A stretch of 64,000 nucleotides of DNA from Takakia lepidozioides (Eukaryota; Plantae; Bryophyta), in contig CM060731.1 of the NCBI GenBank assembly GCA_030704615.1, positions 89,404,001-89,468,000 of the forward strand, written 5' to 3'. The position numbers were made by a program, and so were the translations under genes. Positions 63,459 through 64,000 of the stretch are shown one piece after another. Below the pieces are notes generated by a model. The model did not search any database, was not told the origin of the DNA, and was given only the letters and a program-made list of their open reading frames with translations. Within the stretch, counting starts at the first letter, position 1; every line of letters starts with the position of its first letter.

Positions 63459-64000
63459 GCCGTTGCCAGACCCACACGTGGACATTTTGAATACGAAACA
63501 ACGATCTGCCTTAGTCCCTTGTCCTAGAAACCTACTTCCATGAATGTAGTCATATCCACATCGTCGCTTCACCTCCAGAATGGAGTGCATATCCGAGCCT
63601 CGTCCAATTCTCTGTTTGCAGGAGACAATATGGTTTCGGACATTCGGTGAACAGACGTGGGACACTGACTCTAGCAATGCCTCCATTTCCTTCTCATCCA
63701 GAGGAACTCTGTCGGAGCCATCTTCCGACATAATTCTGGCCAATGCCATCTTATGGGCGGCCTGTAGCTGTATTTGTTTGGGTTTGGCACCAGGTCTCAA
63801 CTTAACCTCCTCCTGAATGAGCTGCTCTGCCTCGTGGGCAGCCTCCCGCAAGTTCCCCTTCGCCAATTTGTGACAATGCACACCAACGTGTATGCAAGCT
63901 CGTGTGAGGTCAGGGAAACGGTGCAATACATAGAATTGATTGGAATTACAAACAGACATGCAATGTGGTGGTTCTTTGCAATGGGCACACTTAAATGTGG
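63459..64000 (-). pseudogene. MULE-like transposase no. 3 fragment (same clade as no. 2), interrupted by the LTR; runs off the window
   Basis: TFKCAHCKEPPHC..LTRACIHVGVHCH..SPNVRNHI..YDYIHGSRFLGQG..FVFKMST aligns with no. 2 TFVCKFCRVPPCC..SPNIRNHV..YDYIQDSVFPGQG..FLFKMST. Confidence 0.8.

Overview
Eukaryotic, spliceosomal-intron-rich land-plant DNA; a non-seed plant is my guess from the gene style and is not proven. The left half (1-32 kb) is ordinary host genes on the + strand: an ARID + HSP20-like-domain gene, NEF1, a small 'RPL18a-like' membrane-protein gene and the first three exons of a p24-delta (TMED10-like) gene, with LINE, SINE and MITE debris. The last p24 exon is not in the window, so the right half (34-64 kb) is probably one giant intron filled with nested transposons. 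These comprise three Mutator-like (MULE) transposase genes and a Ty3/Gypsy element. The main finding is an accessory gene carried by the MULEs in three diverged, intron-containing copies. It encodes a ParB/Sulfiredoxin-like domain (WDGNHRLLAW) joined to a prokaryote-type beta-class N4/N6 DNA-methyltransferase-like domain. Each element also carries its own family of palindromic sites, concentrated in introns and subterminal non-coding DNA; two of the families share a TGCG-N4-CGCA core. I infer a transposon-encoded 'ParB + parS-like sites + DNA methylase' self-marking or anti-silencing system. All copies here carry stops or frameshifts. Exon coordinates were read by eye and may be off by a few bases, and no database search was run.
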